Translations under genes and position numbers: made by a program
The notes under the pieces: generated by a model
The model's input: the letters and a program-made list of their open reading frames with translations, nothing else
What the model was told of the DNA's origin: nothing
Database searches by the model: none
NCBI GenBank assembly: GCA_902537555.1
Contig: CACBBR010000005.1
Span: 5,703-69,702, forward strand
Origin: an uncultured Pelagibacteraceae bacterium
GTDB taxonomy: Bacteria; Pseudomonadota; Alphaproteobacteria; Pelagibacterales; Pelagibacteraceae
Direction of reading: 5' to 3'
Length of the DNA stretch: 64,000 nt
Part shown: positions 9,737-19,101 of the stretch, one piece after another
Position numbering within the stretch: position 1 is the first letter of the stretch
Layout of the letters: each line of letters begins with the position of its first letter

Positions 9737-10303
9737 ATGTCAGAGTTTTTAAAAATAATTTTAAAAATTATTTTAATAAAAAAAGATTTCTTTAAAAATA
9801 ATAAAAATTTTGGAGAAGCTTCAATTTATTTTGCAATTTTAATAATCATAATTACTGGTCTCATAAATTTAATTCCTCAAAAATCAGTATTTGAGATTAT
9901 TAATCTAAATTACAACATAGGAACAATAAAAGGGCCATCATTGAGAAATGTTGTATTCTTTTCAATTTTATTTTGGATTATTAAATCATTTTATATATAT
10001 TTTGTTGGGGTAGTTGTATTTCCAAATAAAAAAACTAATTGTAGTTTTAGAAAAATTTTGATCCTTATTGGATTTGCTAATGCTCCATTAATATTTAATT
10101 TTTTAGTTTTTACTCCATCTTTATTATTTTTAGCAATCATAACTTATATTTGGTACAATATTTCTTTAATAGTGGGTCTAAATATTATTTTAAATTATAA
10201 TAATATAGTTAAATCTACACTTGTTGTTCTTTCGCCAATAATAATTCTTTTTATTTATATTTTATCAACACAAGTTCAAATAACTTCAGGTACAATTAGT
10301 TAA
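9737..10303 (+). CDS. Yip1-like multi-pass membrane protein
   Basis: About five hydrophobic segments and an F-x-x-I-L-x-L-I-G-F-A-x-A-P pattern. The ATG at 9737 is preferred. Confidence 0.55.
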   Translation: MSEFLKIILKIILIKKDFFKNNKNFGEASIYFAILIIIITGLINLIPQKSVFEIINLNYNIGTIKGPSLRNVVFFSILFWIIKSFYIYFVGVVVFPNKKTNCSFRKILILIGFANAPLIFNFLVFTPSLLFLAIITYIWYNISLIVGLNIILNYNNIVKSTLVVLSPIIILFIYILSTQVQITSGTIS

Positions 10304-10461
10304 ATTGGAAAAATAGTTTTTGATGTCTTGCAAAATTTGCAAATTTTATAACCATAAAGAATTAAATTCTGAAAAACACTTTCGTGATTATTTAGGCACT
10401 CTTCACAGATATCATTTTTATCAATATCAACTTTACTTTCTTGGTCGTTTTCATTAGTCAT
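10300..10461 (-). CDS. Small CxxC...CxxC putative zinc-finger protein (53 aa)
   Basis: Below the track cutoff. Hand translation gives MTNENDQESKVDIDKNDICEECLNNHESVFQNLILYGYKICKFCKTSKTIFPI. It fills the gap exactly and its ATG overlaps the upstream stop (ATGACTAA). Confidence 0.7.
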   Translation of the reverse strand: MTNENDQESKVDIDKNDICEECLNNHESVFQNLILYGYKICKFCKTSKTIFPI

Positions 10462-11062
10462 TATCTGTTAATCCGGCTCCCGCAGTTCTTGATTTTGATT
10501 CTTCACTTTCCTCAACATAAGTTTTAAGAGATAGTTTATGCATCTCTAACCAATCATCCTCGGAAAAGTTGTTTTTATTGTCTAAAAATTTAATATTTAT
10601 CTTATCTGACTTTTCTAAGATATCTCCACTTAAATAATTAGAGTAAATAGACTCGTTAAAATTAAACAAAAACTCTTTATTATCCATTTTTAAGAAAATT
10701 CTTTTTCCTGTGATTTCTGATGCCCTGCTTAAAAAAGACAAAAATATTATAGGAAAGGCTATTTTATTAATTCCAATTTCACTAAATTTTAAAATTACAG
10801 GTGATTGATCATAAAAATTTAACCCGCAAAGTATTGGGCAATAGTAACCTTTTGCTGTATTTGAAGATGATATTTCTCCAATATTTTCAAAGTTGCTAAC
10901 ATTATAAATTTTGAAATATTGGTTAAGATTTTTAAGTCCAGGCAAACCAAACATTTCTAATAACTTAATATTTTTTCCAACTTCCTCAGAAACACCCCAT
11001 GAAAAACCAATAGCTTTGGTCGCTTTTTTAGTTATTGTTTCAATTTCATTAAAACTTCTCAT
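10454..11062 (-). CDS. DUF3726-like protein
   Basis: Start MRSFNEIE...KATKAIGFSWG and C-terminus SRTAGAGLTDND as I recall for DUF3726. Start moved to ATG 11062 to avoid a long overlap. Confidence 0.7.
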   Translation of the reverse strand: MRSFNEIETITKKATKAIGFSWGVSEEVGKNIKLLEMFGLPGLKNLNQYFKIYNVSNFENIGEISSSNTAKGYYCPILCGLNFYDQSPVILKFSEIGINKIAFPIIFLSFLSRASEITGKRIFLKMDNKEFLFNFNESIYSNYLSGDILEKSDKINIKFLDNKNNFSEDDWLEMHKLSLKTYVEESEESKSRTAGAGLTDND

Positions 11063-11069
11063 TACAATA

Positions 11070-12722
11070 TTAATTATACATCCAATAATTATCAAAATTT
11101 GACAATTCTGAAGGCAAAGGCGCTCCTTGAAACATACATATACGTAACCACTTATCCGATCTTGGATCAAACTTAATAGCGCCAAAAAAAGATAATTTAA
11201 GTCTTAACATGTCAATTGGCATTAATTTAGAACCAATTGTGTTATCTTGAATCTCTGCATAAGGAAATTTTTCAGAAATAAATACTCTTCTTACAACATG
11301 TCTTAAATGATTATTGTCCAATAAAAATTTTCCAATTTTGGAACTATTTTTTTTTGTGAATACTATCTCATAAAGTTTTTTTATATCTCTTGCGATTGCA
11401 AGAGGTTGTTCAAGATTTGATCCAAAATCAATATATCTATCTCCTATCCTAGGCTCTTCTTTGTTTTTTGATATAAACCAAAAATTTTTGTTATTTTCTT
11501 CCTTTGTAAAATCAATTTTTAATATTTCAGAGTAATTTTTTTCAATTATATTTCTCAATTCCTCAACAGTTCTATCAACAGGAATATTGAAATATTTTTC
11601 TTCATTTGAACTCATTTTAGATACTAAAGGGTCTACTATTTTATCATATGGCTCCATCATCATAGAAACGATATACTCAATACATTCATCATTTAAGTTC
11701 TTTTCAGCCCAAATATAAATATTATTAAATTGATAAGAATTTTTAAATTTAAACTCATCTTTCATAAATTTTAAAAATTTATTCAAATCACTTATTAAAT
11801 TTTTAATTTTTTCTTTTTGGAAATTACTGTCGGTATGCCAGCTTGTAATATTTTTTAGTGATTTAATTAAACAGTGATAAAAAATATCTAAATCATTTTT
11901 AGAAACTTTTTCTATTTCTCTTATTTTTTTTAAAACTGTTTCTCTAGCAGTTATCCAGTTATTAAGTAGAGTGGGATGGTTTACTATAAATGGTGCCATG
12001 CCAAGTCCTGTTGAATTTCCTATACCTAAAGTTCTGCTGATGTCGTTATCTAGTTCAACAGCGTTCTTCGGACTTATACTTTTTGCAATATGATTAACTT
12101 GGTCAAATGTAAATTGTCTAACTAAATAGACCAACATCATCTCTAGCCTAAATGGCCCACAAATTTCATCCCTATTTTTAATCCTAAATCTATCAGCTAA
12201 ACCAAATTTACCAGATCCATAAACTGCAGTAGTTCTATAAAGATAACCAACTTTAGATATGAATTCTTTATTTGGTTGTTGACCTTTTGATAAATTTTCA
12301 ACTACATGATTAAATAACCTGACAGATTTATTAGCTCTTGATAGTGTTAATTCTTTGTAAGATAGCCTTCCAACCTCTTGCTTAGGGACATTATTACTAA
12401 GTCTATCAACATCTTCTTTTGTTGGAATTCCATCAAATAGAGTAAATGCAGCATCCCATTTAGTGGCAATAACTCTATCTGATCTTTCGTCATCCTTAAT
12501 TTCATTTGCAAAACAAATTAGAGAATAAGTTTTTTTTCCTTTAGTAAAAGAGTAAATTGCTCTTCCAAATCCTTTGTCATTTAATTGAAAAAGGTCTCTA
12601 CTATATTTCCAATCTTTAAACTCTTGTAAGAAAGATCTCAAAAAAGAGAGTTTTGATTGATGGAATGAACCAAGTTTAGACAACTTCATCAGGGATTTAG
12701 GGTCTCTTAACTTAATTTCCAT
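11070..12722 (-). CDS. Conserved hypothetical protein (550 aa)
   Basis: Long ORF with enzyme-like low-AT blocks: RSDRVIATKWD, GYLYRTTAVYGSGKFG, GIGNSTGLGMAPF, KFDPRSDKWLRI. Confidence 0.75.
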   Translation of the reverse strand: MEIKLRDPKSLMKLSKLGSFHQSKLSFLRSFLQEFKDWKYSRDLFQLNDKGFGRAIYSFTKGKKTYSLICFANEIKDDERSDRVIATKWDAAFTLFDGIPTKEDVDRLSNNVPKQEVGRLSYKELTLSRANKSVRLFNHVVENLSKGQQPNKEFISKVGYLYRTTAVYGSGKFGLADRFRIKNRDEICGPFRLEMMLVYLVRQFTFDQVNHIAKSISPKNAVELDNDISRTLGIGNSTGLGMAPFIVNHPTLLNNWITARETVLKKIREIEKVSKNDLDIFYHCLIKSLKNITSWHTDSNFQKEKIKNLISDLNKFLKFMKDEFKFKNSYQFNNIYIWAEKNLNDECIEYIVSMMMEPYDKIVDPLVSKMSSNEEKYFNIPVDRTVEELRNIIEKNYSEILKIDFTKEENNKNFWFISKNKEEPRIGDRYIDFGSNLEQPLAIARDIKKLYEIVFTKKNSSKIGKFLLDNNHLRHVVRRVFISEKFPYAEIQDNTIGSKLMPIDMLRLKLSFFGAIKFDPRSDKWLRICMFQGAPLPSELSNFDNYWMYN

Positions 12723-13690
12723 TAATTAATTCCTTTATAAAAATTAAACCAATTGTTTCCTAAAATATCATTTACTTCATTTTTATTAAAACCTATTTTT
12801 TTCAATCCTTTTTCTAAATTACTAAACCCTCTTGCATCAATAAACCATTCAGGTTGATCAGGAAATTCTGGTTTGCTTTTACTTCCCTCACCATAATTTT
12901 TTGTTTTACTCCACGTTCCATTTCTCATCCACTCAACGATACTATTTGGTTGATTCAAACAGAGGTCAGAACCAATACCTATATTTTTTACGCCCATTAT
13001 TTCAGCGGTTTTTGCTACCATTTCACAAAAGCTATCTAATTTACAATTTGTTCCATCTTTTAGATGATGTGCATATAAAGAAAGCCCAAGCATTCCTCCA
13101 CTGTTTGATAAATGTTTTAAAAGTGTTTCAGATTTATTTCTTAAAGCACTATGCCAAAAAGACGGATTAGCATGAGTAATCGCAATTGGTTTTTCGCTAA
13201 TATCTATAGCATCCAATGTACTTTTTTCACCTGAATGCGACATATCAATAACTATTCCAATTCGATTCATTTCTCTTATAGCTTCTCTTCCAAAATTTGT
13301 AACACCAGAATCGTTTTTTTCATAACATCCTGTAGCTAAAAGAGATTGGTTATTGTAAGTAAGTTGCATAAATCTGCATCCATGATGATGAACTTTCTCA
13401 ATTAAATTAATATCATCCTCAATTGGAGAACAGTTTTGAAAGCCAAAAAATATTGCAGTTTTATTTTCTGACTTAGCCTTTATAATATCTTCAAAAGTTT
13501 TTCCTAAAAATATTAGATCTGAATTTTCATTAAGTAAGTTATCCCATTCTTTCAATTTAATTAAAAACTCATCATAGTCTTCATGATATACCACTGTTGC
13601 ATGTACTGCGTTCAGTCCAGCATCTCTGTTGATTTTAAAAATATCTCTTGACCAGTTGCAATATTGAAGATTATCAATTCGATAATTCAT
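12722..13690 (-). CDS. Membrane (renal) dipeptidase-fold amidohydrolase, M19-like
   Basis: MQLTYN, IDMSHSG, ITHANP, RNK and IGIGSD motifs. The N-terminal metal motif reads IDNLQ instead of D-x-H-x-D. Confidence 0.85.
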   Translation of the reverse strand: MNYRIDNLQYCNWSRDIFKINRDAGLNAVHATVVYHEDYDEFLIKLKEWDNLLNENSDLIFLGKTFEDIIKAKSENKTAIFFGFQNCSPIEDDINLIEKVHHHGCRFMQLTYNNQSLLATGCYEKNDSGVTNFGREAIREMNRIGIVIDMSHSGEKSTLDAIDISEKPIAITHANPSFWHSALRNKSETLLKHLSNSGGMLGLSLYAHHLKDGTNCKLDSFCEMVAKTAEIMGVKNIGIGSDLCLNQPNSIVEWMRNGTWSKTKNYGEGSKSKPEFPDQPEWFIDARGFSNLEKGLKKIGFNKNEVNDILGNNWFNFYKGIN

Positions 13691-13777
13691 ATTAAAAACA
13701 CATTATAATTATTACAAATTTTGTCGACTAGTTTTAATTTTAAGACTATATTAATTATATTAATTCAAAAACTTAGC

Positions 13778-14272
13778 ATGAAAAAGAAAAGATATAGTCA
13801 CAGAGTATCTATCATAATGGGAAGCAAATCTGACTATTCCACAATGAAATTATGTGAAAAAACTCTTAAATTACTCAAAGTTAATTATGAAACTAGTATT
13901 GTTTCTGCTCACAGAACACCTGAAAGAATGTTCAATTATGCAAAATCAGCAGAGTCAAGAAATATTAATGTTATTATTGCAGGTGCAGGAGGATCTGCAC
14001 ATTTACCTGGCATGATTGCTGCGTTAACAAGAATACCAGTAATAGGTGTTCCTATAGAAAGTAAAAAACTTAAAGGTCTAGATAGTCTTTTATCTATAGC
14101 TCAAATGCCTAAAGGTATTCCAGTTGGAACAGTTGCTATAGGAACAGATGGTGCCATAAATGCTGCATTGTATGCAGCATCTATAATTTCTAATTTTGAT
14201 CCTAAAATTAAAAACAACTTAATAAAGTGGAGATCTAAGCAATCTAAATCTGTTAAGAAAAAACCAAATTAA
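13778..14272 (+). CDS. purE: N5-CAIR mutase
   Basis: [25 protein letters not shown] and [11 protein letters not shown]. The ATG at 13778 is preferred. Confidence 0.95.
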   Translation: MKKKRYSHRVSIIMGSKSDYSTMKLCEKTLKLLKVNYETSIVSAHRTPERMFNYAKSAESRNINVIIAGAGGSAHLPGMIAALTRIPVIGVPIESKKLKGLDSLLSIAQMPKGIPVGTVAIGTDGAINAALYAASIISNFDPKIKNNLIKWRSKQSKSVKKKPN

Positions 14273-15316
14273 ATGAAAAATCCTATTTTAGGAATTATAG
14301 GTGGAGGCCAACTTGGAAGTTTGCTGTCAGTAGCTGCTAACAGAATTGGTATTAAAACCGTTATTTTAAGTGATGATGAGGATGCACCGGCCAAAAATTT
14401 TACGGAAAAATTTATATATGGAAAATATGACAACAAATCAATTACTCAGGAATTTATCGATAGTGTCGATTTAGTTACTTACGAATTTGAGAATATTCCA
14501 TTTAATATTCTTCAAAATATAAATAATGAAAAAACAGTTTTACCTAAACCTGAGATAAATAATTTAATCCAAAATAGATTAACAGAGAAAAATTTTCTAA
14601 ATGATATAAATATTCAAACTACTCAATATGTTTCTATAAAACATATAAAGGAACTAAAAGAAAATGAAAATTTTTTGCCAGGATTGCTAAAAACAACTAC
14701 ATTAGGCTATGATGGGAAAGGTCAATACAAATTAAATAGCAAAAAGGATATATCTAATGAAATAGATTTTTCTAAAGAATACATATTAGAAAAATTTATT
14801 AATTTAAAAAAAGAAATATCCGTTATCATTACAAGATTTGGTAATCAAAAATATGAAATATATGAACCAATTGAAAATGTTCATGAAGACCAAATTTTAA
14901 AGCACTCTAAAATCCCTGCAGATGTTTCAGAAGCAATTAAAGTCAAATCCACTGAGTGGTCAAAAAAAATTGTAGAGGATTTAGATTATATTGGAACATT
15001 ATGTGTAGAATTTTTTATTGACAAAAATGATAATTTATATGCTAACGAAATAGCTCCCAGAGTTCATAATTCAGGACATTTGACAATTAATTCTCACAAT
15101 ATAAGTCAATTTGAAAATCATATTAGGGCTGTATGTGGTTTAGAAAAAATTAAAACAAAAAAAATATATAATGCCAAAATGATAAATTTAATAGGTGATG
15201 ATATTTTAATATATAGAAACAAAAAATTTTCTGAGAATGAATTCTTTTTTGACTATCTTAAAAAAGATATAAAAAATAAAAGAAAAATGGGTCATATAAC
15301 AATCATTGAAAAATAA
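14273..15316 (+). CDS. purK: N5-CAIR synthase
   Basis: GIIGGGQLG, TYEFEN, GYDGKGQ, NEIAPRVHNSGH and RKMGH. Confidence 0.95.
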   Translation: MKNPILGIIGGGQLGSLLSVAANRIGIKTVILSDDEDAPAKNFTEKFIYGKYDNKSITQEFIDSVDLVTYEFENIPFNILQNINNEKTVLPKPEINNLIQNRLTEKNFLNDINIQTTQYVSIKHIKELKENENFLPGLLKTTTLGYDGKGQYKLNSKKDISNEIDFSKEYILEKFINLKKEISVIITRFGNQKYEIYEPIENVHEDQILKHSKIPADVSEAIKVKSTEWSKKIVEDLDYIGTLCVEFFIDKNDNLYANEIAPRVHNSGHLTINSHNISQFENHIRAVCGLEKIKTKKIYNAKMINLIGDDILIYRNKKFSENEFFFDYLKKDIKNKRKMGHITIIEK

Positions 15317-15320
15317 TACG

Positions 15321-15941
15321 TTAAATTTGTTGAATTAATGAGGCGCTATTATTTGTTGGTTTATTGACATCCTTAGATATTTCGTGAAAAGTCAAACCTA
15401 CTTTGTTACACTCTTTTAAAAAAGTTGAACCAAAATGTTCAATGTTTAAGTATTTATCTATATCTTTTTCATAAAGTATTACTGGTTGTCTATGGTGAAT
15501 TTCTGAAATATTTTGGCTTGCCTCCTCAGTTATCATGCAAAATTGGCCTTCATCGTAAATTGCAGCTATAAAAATTGTCTTTTTATCATTTCTGAAAAAA
15601 TAATATGGAATTTTATTATCTTTTGTTCTTTTCCATTCATAGAAACCATCGGCAACAACTACACATCTTTGCGTTTTAATAAGTTTTTTAAATGAGACCT
15701 TTTCATCGATTGTTTCTAATCTTGCATTTATCAAAGCTTTAAAGTCTTTCTGTTTTGCCCAGGATGGAATAATTCCCCATTTAAGATTTTCAACAGTATT
15801 GCCGTTTTTATATTTCTTGATCACAGGAAGATTTTGATATGGATGTGCATTATAATTATCACTGTCTTGAACATTAATCGCAGTTTTCACGATATTTTTT
15901 GTTTTTATAACAGCATTCGTAACTACGTATCTTCCACACAT
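15321..15941 (-). CDS. yedK: SRAP/HMCES (YedK) abasic-site protecting protein
   Basis: N-terminal MCGRY, INARLET, DGFYEW and IHHRQPVIL. Confidence 0.88.
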   Translation of the reverse strand: MCGRYVVTNAVIKTKNIVKTAINVQDSDNYNAHPYQNLPVIKKYKNGNTVENLKWGIIPSWAKQKDFKALINARLETIDEKVSFKKLIKTQRCVVVADGFYEWKRTKDNKIPYYFFRNDKKTIFIAAIYDEGQFCMITEEASQNISEIHHRQPVILYEKDIDKYLNIEHFGSTFLKECNKVGLTFHEISKDVNKPTNNSASLIQQI

Positions 15942-15988
15942 ATATTTAATATTGGTTTAATTTGTTTTTAGATTATATGTTCATCAAA

Positions 15989-16447
15989 ATGATTAAATCA
16001 ATAGAAAATAACTTTGATAACCCACAAGTAAATGAACTTCTTAGAATTCATTTTATTGAATTAAGGTCTGTATCACCAGAAGGCAGTTCACATGTATTAG
16101 ATGTACAAGGTTTGAGAGTTCCCAGTATAAAATTTTGGAGTTTATGGGAGAATAATGATTTAATTGGATGCGGAGCTTTAAAAACGCTTTCAGATGAACA
16201 TGGGGAATTTAAGTCAATAAGGGTCGCAGACAAATTTAGGAAAAAAAGATATGGAGAAAAAATTATTGCACATTTAATAGATAAATCAAAAAAAATTGGA
16301 ATAAAAAAATTAAGTGTTGAAACAGGAGCTGGAGATTTTTTTGCCCCAGCAAGAAAATTATTTAAAAATTTTGGATTCAAAAAATGTAAACCTTTTGCAC
16401 ATTACAAAGAGGATCCAAATTCGTGTTATTATAGTTTAAATTTATAA
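15989..16447 (+). CDS. GNAT N-acetyltransferase (YedL-like)
   Basis: SPEGSSHVLD, GCGALK, HGEFKSIR, LSVETG and PFAHYKEDPNS. The start is uncertain (15977 or 15989). Confidence 0.8.
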   Translation: MIKSIENNFDNPQVNELLRIHFIELRSVSPEGSSHVLDVQGLRVPSIKFWSLWENNDLIGCGALKTLSDEHGEFKSIRVADKFRKKRYGEKIIAHLIDKSKKIGIKKLSVETGAGDFFAPARKLFKNFGFKKCKPFAHYKEDPNSCYYSLNL

Positions 16448-16451
16448 TTTC

Positions 16452-16892
16452 ATGAAAAAAAATTTAACCAAACCCTATATACTTTATGTTGCTGAGGTTA
16501 TTTATTTGGCAATATGTGAAATTAAAAGTAAAGAGCAGAATATAAGCAATATTGATGCTATGGAAAGATTCATGGGTTCGCCATTATATGAAAAAATAAG
16601 TAGTGGCAAGTATCATGATGATTGGTTTGATGAGTTAAAAAAAAATAATTATATTGATATTAATTCTGGCGAAAAAATTTCTGCAGAAGTAATTCGGCTT
16701 TTAAATCTTCAAAAAGAAGCAATGATGAAGCAATTAATTAAATTTCCTAATTTATACTATGCAAAAAGCCATTTTCCTTTAGATATATCTCAAAGAGCTA
16801 TTAACCACCTATGGAGAGTGTGTGAAAGTTACGAGTTGTGGTGCAATGAAACAAAGAATACTAAGTTAATAAAACTAAACATAATTGAATAA
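16452..16892 (+). CDS. Hypothetical protein
   Basis: 146-aa ORF tightly packed between co-oriented genes; no motif recognised. Confidence 0.6.
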   Translation: MKKNLTKPYILYVAEVIYLAICEIKSKEQNISNIDAMERFMGSPLYEKISSGKYHDDWFDELKKNNYIDINSGEKISAEVIRLLNLQKEAMMKQLIKFPNLYYAKSHFPLDISQRAINHLWRVCESYELWCNETKNTKLIKLNIIE

Positions 16893-16896
16893 TTTT

Positions 16897-18510
16897 ATGA
16901 ATCAAATTTCCAAATTTATCGACTCCACATTACTAGATTTAGGAAGACAATTTAAATTATCCTATTTACCACCTTTAATGATTTATCTTGCAGCCGGAAT
17001 TTCAGGTTTAACAGGAATAGTGGGTACATTTTTTGTCAAAGATTATCTAAATCTATCAGCAGCATTTCTTGCAGGGCTAGGTTTTTGGGCTGGTATTCCT
17101 TGGGCACTGAAAATGCCATTAGGTCATTTAGTAGATCTAATTTGGAACAAAAAAAATTATATGGTTTATGTAGGAGCTACACTAATCGGTTTAAGCTTAT
17201 TAATAATGTATGGGTTAATTATCCATACGGAATGGATGTCCACAATTATAAAAGTAGAGACTTGGTTTGTAATAAGTGTTCTTTTAGCTCCCATTGGATA
17301 TGTGGTTCAAGATGTTGTTGCAGATGCAATGACAGTAGAAGCTGTTCCAATTGTTAATGAAGAAGGTAAAAATTTTTCACAAGATCAGATTAAAACAATG
17401 CATACTACAATGCAGACACTTGGACGATTTGCAATTATCGGTGGTACTGTTCTAGTTGCTTTAGTAAATGTAATCTTATTTAAAGGTGTAGATAGTTTAG
17501 AGCAAGCGGACAAAATAGAACTCTATGGATCAATTTATATTTATGCACTAGTAATACCACTTGTTTCAATTTTAGGAGTTATTTTTGCTAACTATCTTAA
17601 AAATAAAAAAAAAAATAAATTAATTGGTCAGGGTTTAGTCGGTAACGAAGATAATTACGAACATGAAAAAACAGAGATTAATTGGTGGATTTTAGGTGGT
17701 AGTTTAATTTTTGTAATATTTACACTCAGCGTTGGTTCCTTCGGAGTTCCTTTTGCTCAAGAAATAGTTTTTTTAGGATCTATGCTAATTATTTTGTTCC
17801 TGATGAATAAATTGATAAAAGAACTGCCTCAAAATTTAAGATCTACGATTGTGGGGACGGCTGTGATTATATTTGTATTTAGAGCAATGCCAGGTCCAGG
17901 TCCAGGACTATCTTGGTTCGAAATAGATGAGCTAAAATTTAACGAGCAGTTTTTTTCTATATTATCATTACTAGCTTCGGTCTTAACATTGTTGGGAATT
18001 ATTTTGCTTAGACCTTTTATGTCAAATAATTCAATAGCAAAAATTATTGTAGTTTTGTCAATTGCTGGTGCAATATTATTTTTGCCAAGTGTTGGGATGT
18101 ATTACGGATTTCATAATTGGACTTCATCAATAACAAATGGAATTGTTGATGCTAAATTTATTGCATTAATTAATACAGCATTAGAGTCACCTTTAGGTCA
18201 GGTCTCAATGATTCCTTTGCTAGCGTGGATTGCTAAGAATGCGCCTTCGCACTTAAAAGCTACTTTTTTTGCAGTTTTTGCGTCTTTTACAAATTTGGCG
18301 CTATCAGCAAGTGCCTTAGGAACAAAATACTTAAATGAAATTTACACAATTACTCGTGAAGTCAAAGATAAAGCGACAAATGCAATTTTGACGACTGCTG
18401 ACTACTCAGAATTGGGAATATTATTAATAACCGTAACATTGCTGACTTTAATTTTACCAATTTTATTCGTATTTATTATTCAAAAAACAAGATTTAAAAC
18501 TTTAGAATAG
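16897..18510 (+). CDS. BT1 folate/biopterin-type MFS transporter
   Basis: About 12 TM segments; BT1-like motifs IPWALKMPLGHLVD and DVVADAMTVE. Confidence 0.7.
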   Translation: MNQISKFIDSTLLDLGRQFKLSYLPPLMIYLAAGISGLTGIVGTFFVKDYLNLSAAFLAGLGFWAGIPWALKMPLGHLVDLIWNKKNYMVYVGATLIGLSLLIMYGLIIHTEWMSTIIKVETWFVISVLLAPIGYVVQDVVADAMTVEAVPIVNEEGKNFSQDQIKTMHTTMQTLGRFAIIGGTVLVALVNVILFKGVDSLEQADKIELYGSIYIYALVIPLVSILGVIFANYLKNKKKNKLIGQGLVGNEDNYEHEKTEINWWILGGSLIFVIFTLSVGSFGVPFAQEIVFLGSMLIILFLMNKLIKELPQNLRSTIVGTAVIIFVFRAMPGPGPGLSWFEIDELKFNEQFFSILSLLASVLTLLGIILLRPFMSNNSIAKIIVVLSIAGAILFLPSVGMYYGFHNWTSSITNGIVDAKFIALINTALESPLGQVSMIPLLAWIAKNAPSHLKATFFAVFASFTNLALSASALGTKYLNEIYTITREVKDKATNAILTTADYSELGILLITVTLLTLILPILFVFIIQKTRFKTLE

Positions 18511-18513
18511 TTT

Positions 18514-19101
18514 CTAGATACATTTATAGCCATATTCTAGTGAAGCATCAGTTATTGAATGGTACATAGATTCCCCAAAACTACGAAGTGAAAAAATTCT
18601 AGCTTTTTCAGGATCATCTTCAACCATATCAACTAAAAAAGATATTCCGTTATATGATGAGTTGATGCACATATTTTTACTAAATATATTGAAATTAAAC
18701 GGACAACCTTTTTTTAGAACCTCTTTAACATTAGGTCCTTCTATTTCTATAATTGCTTTTGAGTGTGAGAGATCTGTAACAGCAAAGTCGCTATCATTAA
18801 AATTTTTTAAAATTTCACTAAAAAGTTCTTTTTTTTTGGAAACAACAAGCCAATTGTTTGGTGAATTCCACAATATTCTTAAATTTTCACTTGCGACAAC
18901 TTTTTGTGCTTCATTAACAAATTGCAAATTATTAAGTTTTATATCATTTATTTTAATTGAAGAATTTTTGTACTGAACTATTTGAACAATTAATAAATTT
19001 TTTAACTCAGAAATTTTCAATAATTCATTTTCAGTTTTATTTTCAAAATTTCCATAAGAACCCTCTGAATGAATGTTCTGCAAAGGTGATATCATCGTCA
19101 T
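18514..19101 (-). CDS. soxG: Heterotetrameric sarcosine oxidase / N-methylglutamate dehydrogenase gamma subunit
   Basis: Position after soxA; LWNSPNNWL, VTDLSH, KGCPFNF and RSF motifs. Confidence 0.85.
   Translation of the reverse strand: MTMISPLQNIHSEGSYGNFENKTENELLKISELKNLLIVQIVQYKNSSIKINDIKLNNLQFVNEAQKVVASENLRILWNSPNNWLVVSKKKELFSEILKNFNDSDFAVTDLSHSKAIIEIEGPNVKEVLKKGCPFNFNIFSKNMCINSSYNGISFLVDMVEDDPEKARIFSLRSFGESMYHSITDASLEYGYKCI

Noticed and set aside
11063-11185. Long overlaps implied by the track's upstream starts (also 40252-40308, 13721-13777, 42254-42274)
   Set aside because: In-frame downstream ATGs give family-typical N-termini and remove or shorten the overlaps or extensions.
15321-16892. 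Toxin-antitoxin or anti-phage defence cassette (SRAP, GNAT, unknown)
   Set aside because: The GNAT looks YedL-like rather than a toxin type, and no antitoxin, nuclease or NTPase motifs are recognisable.
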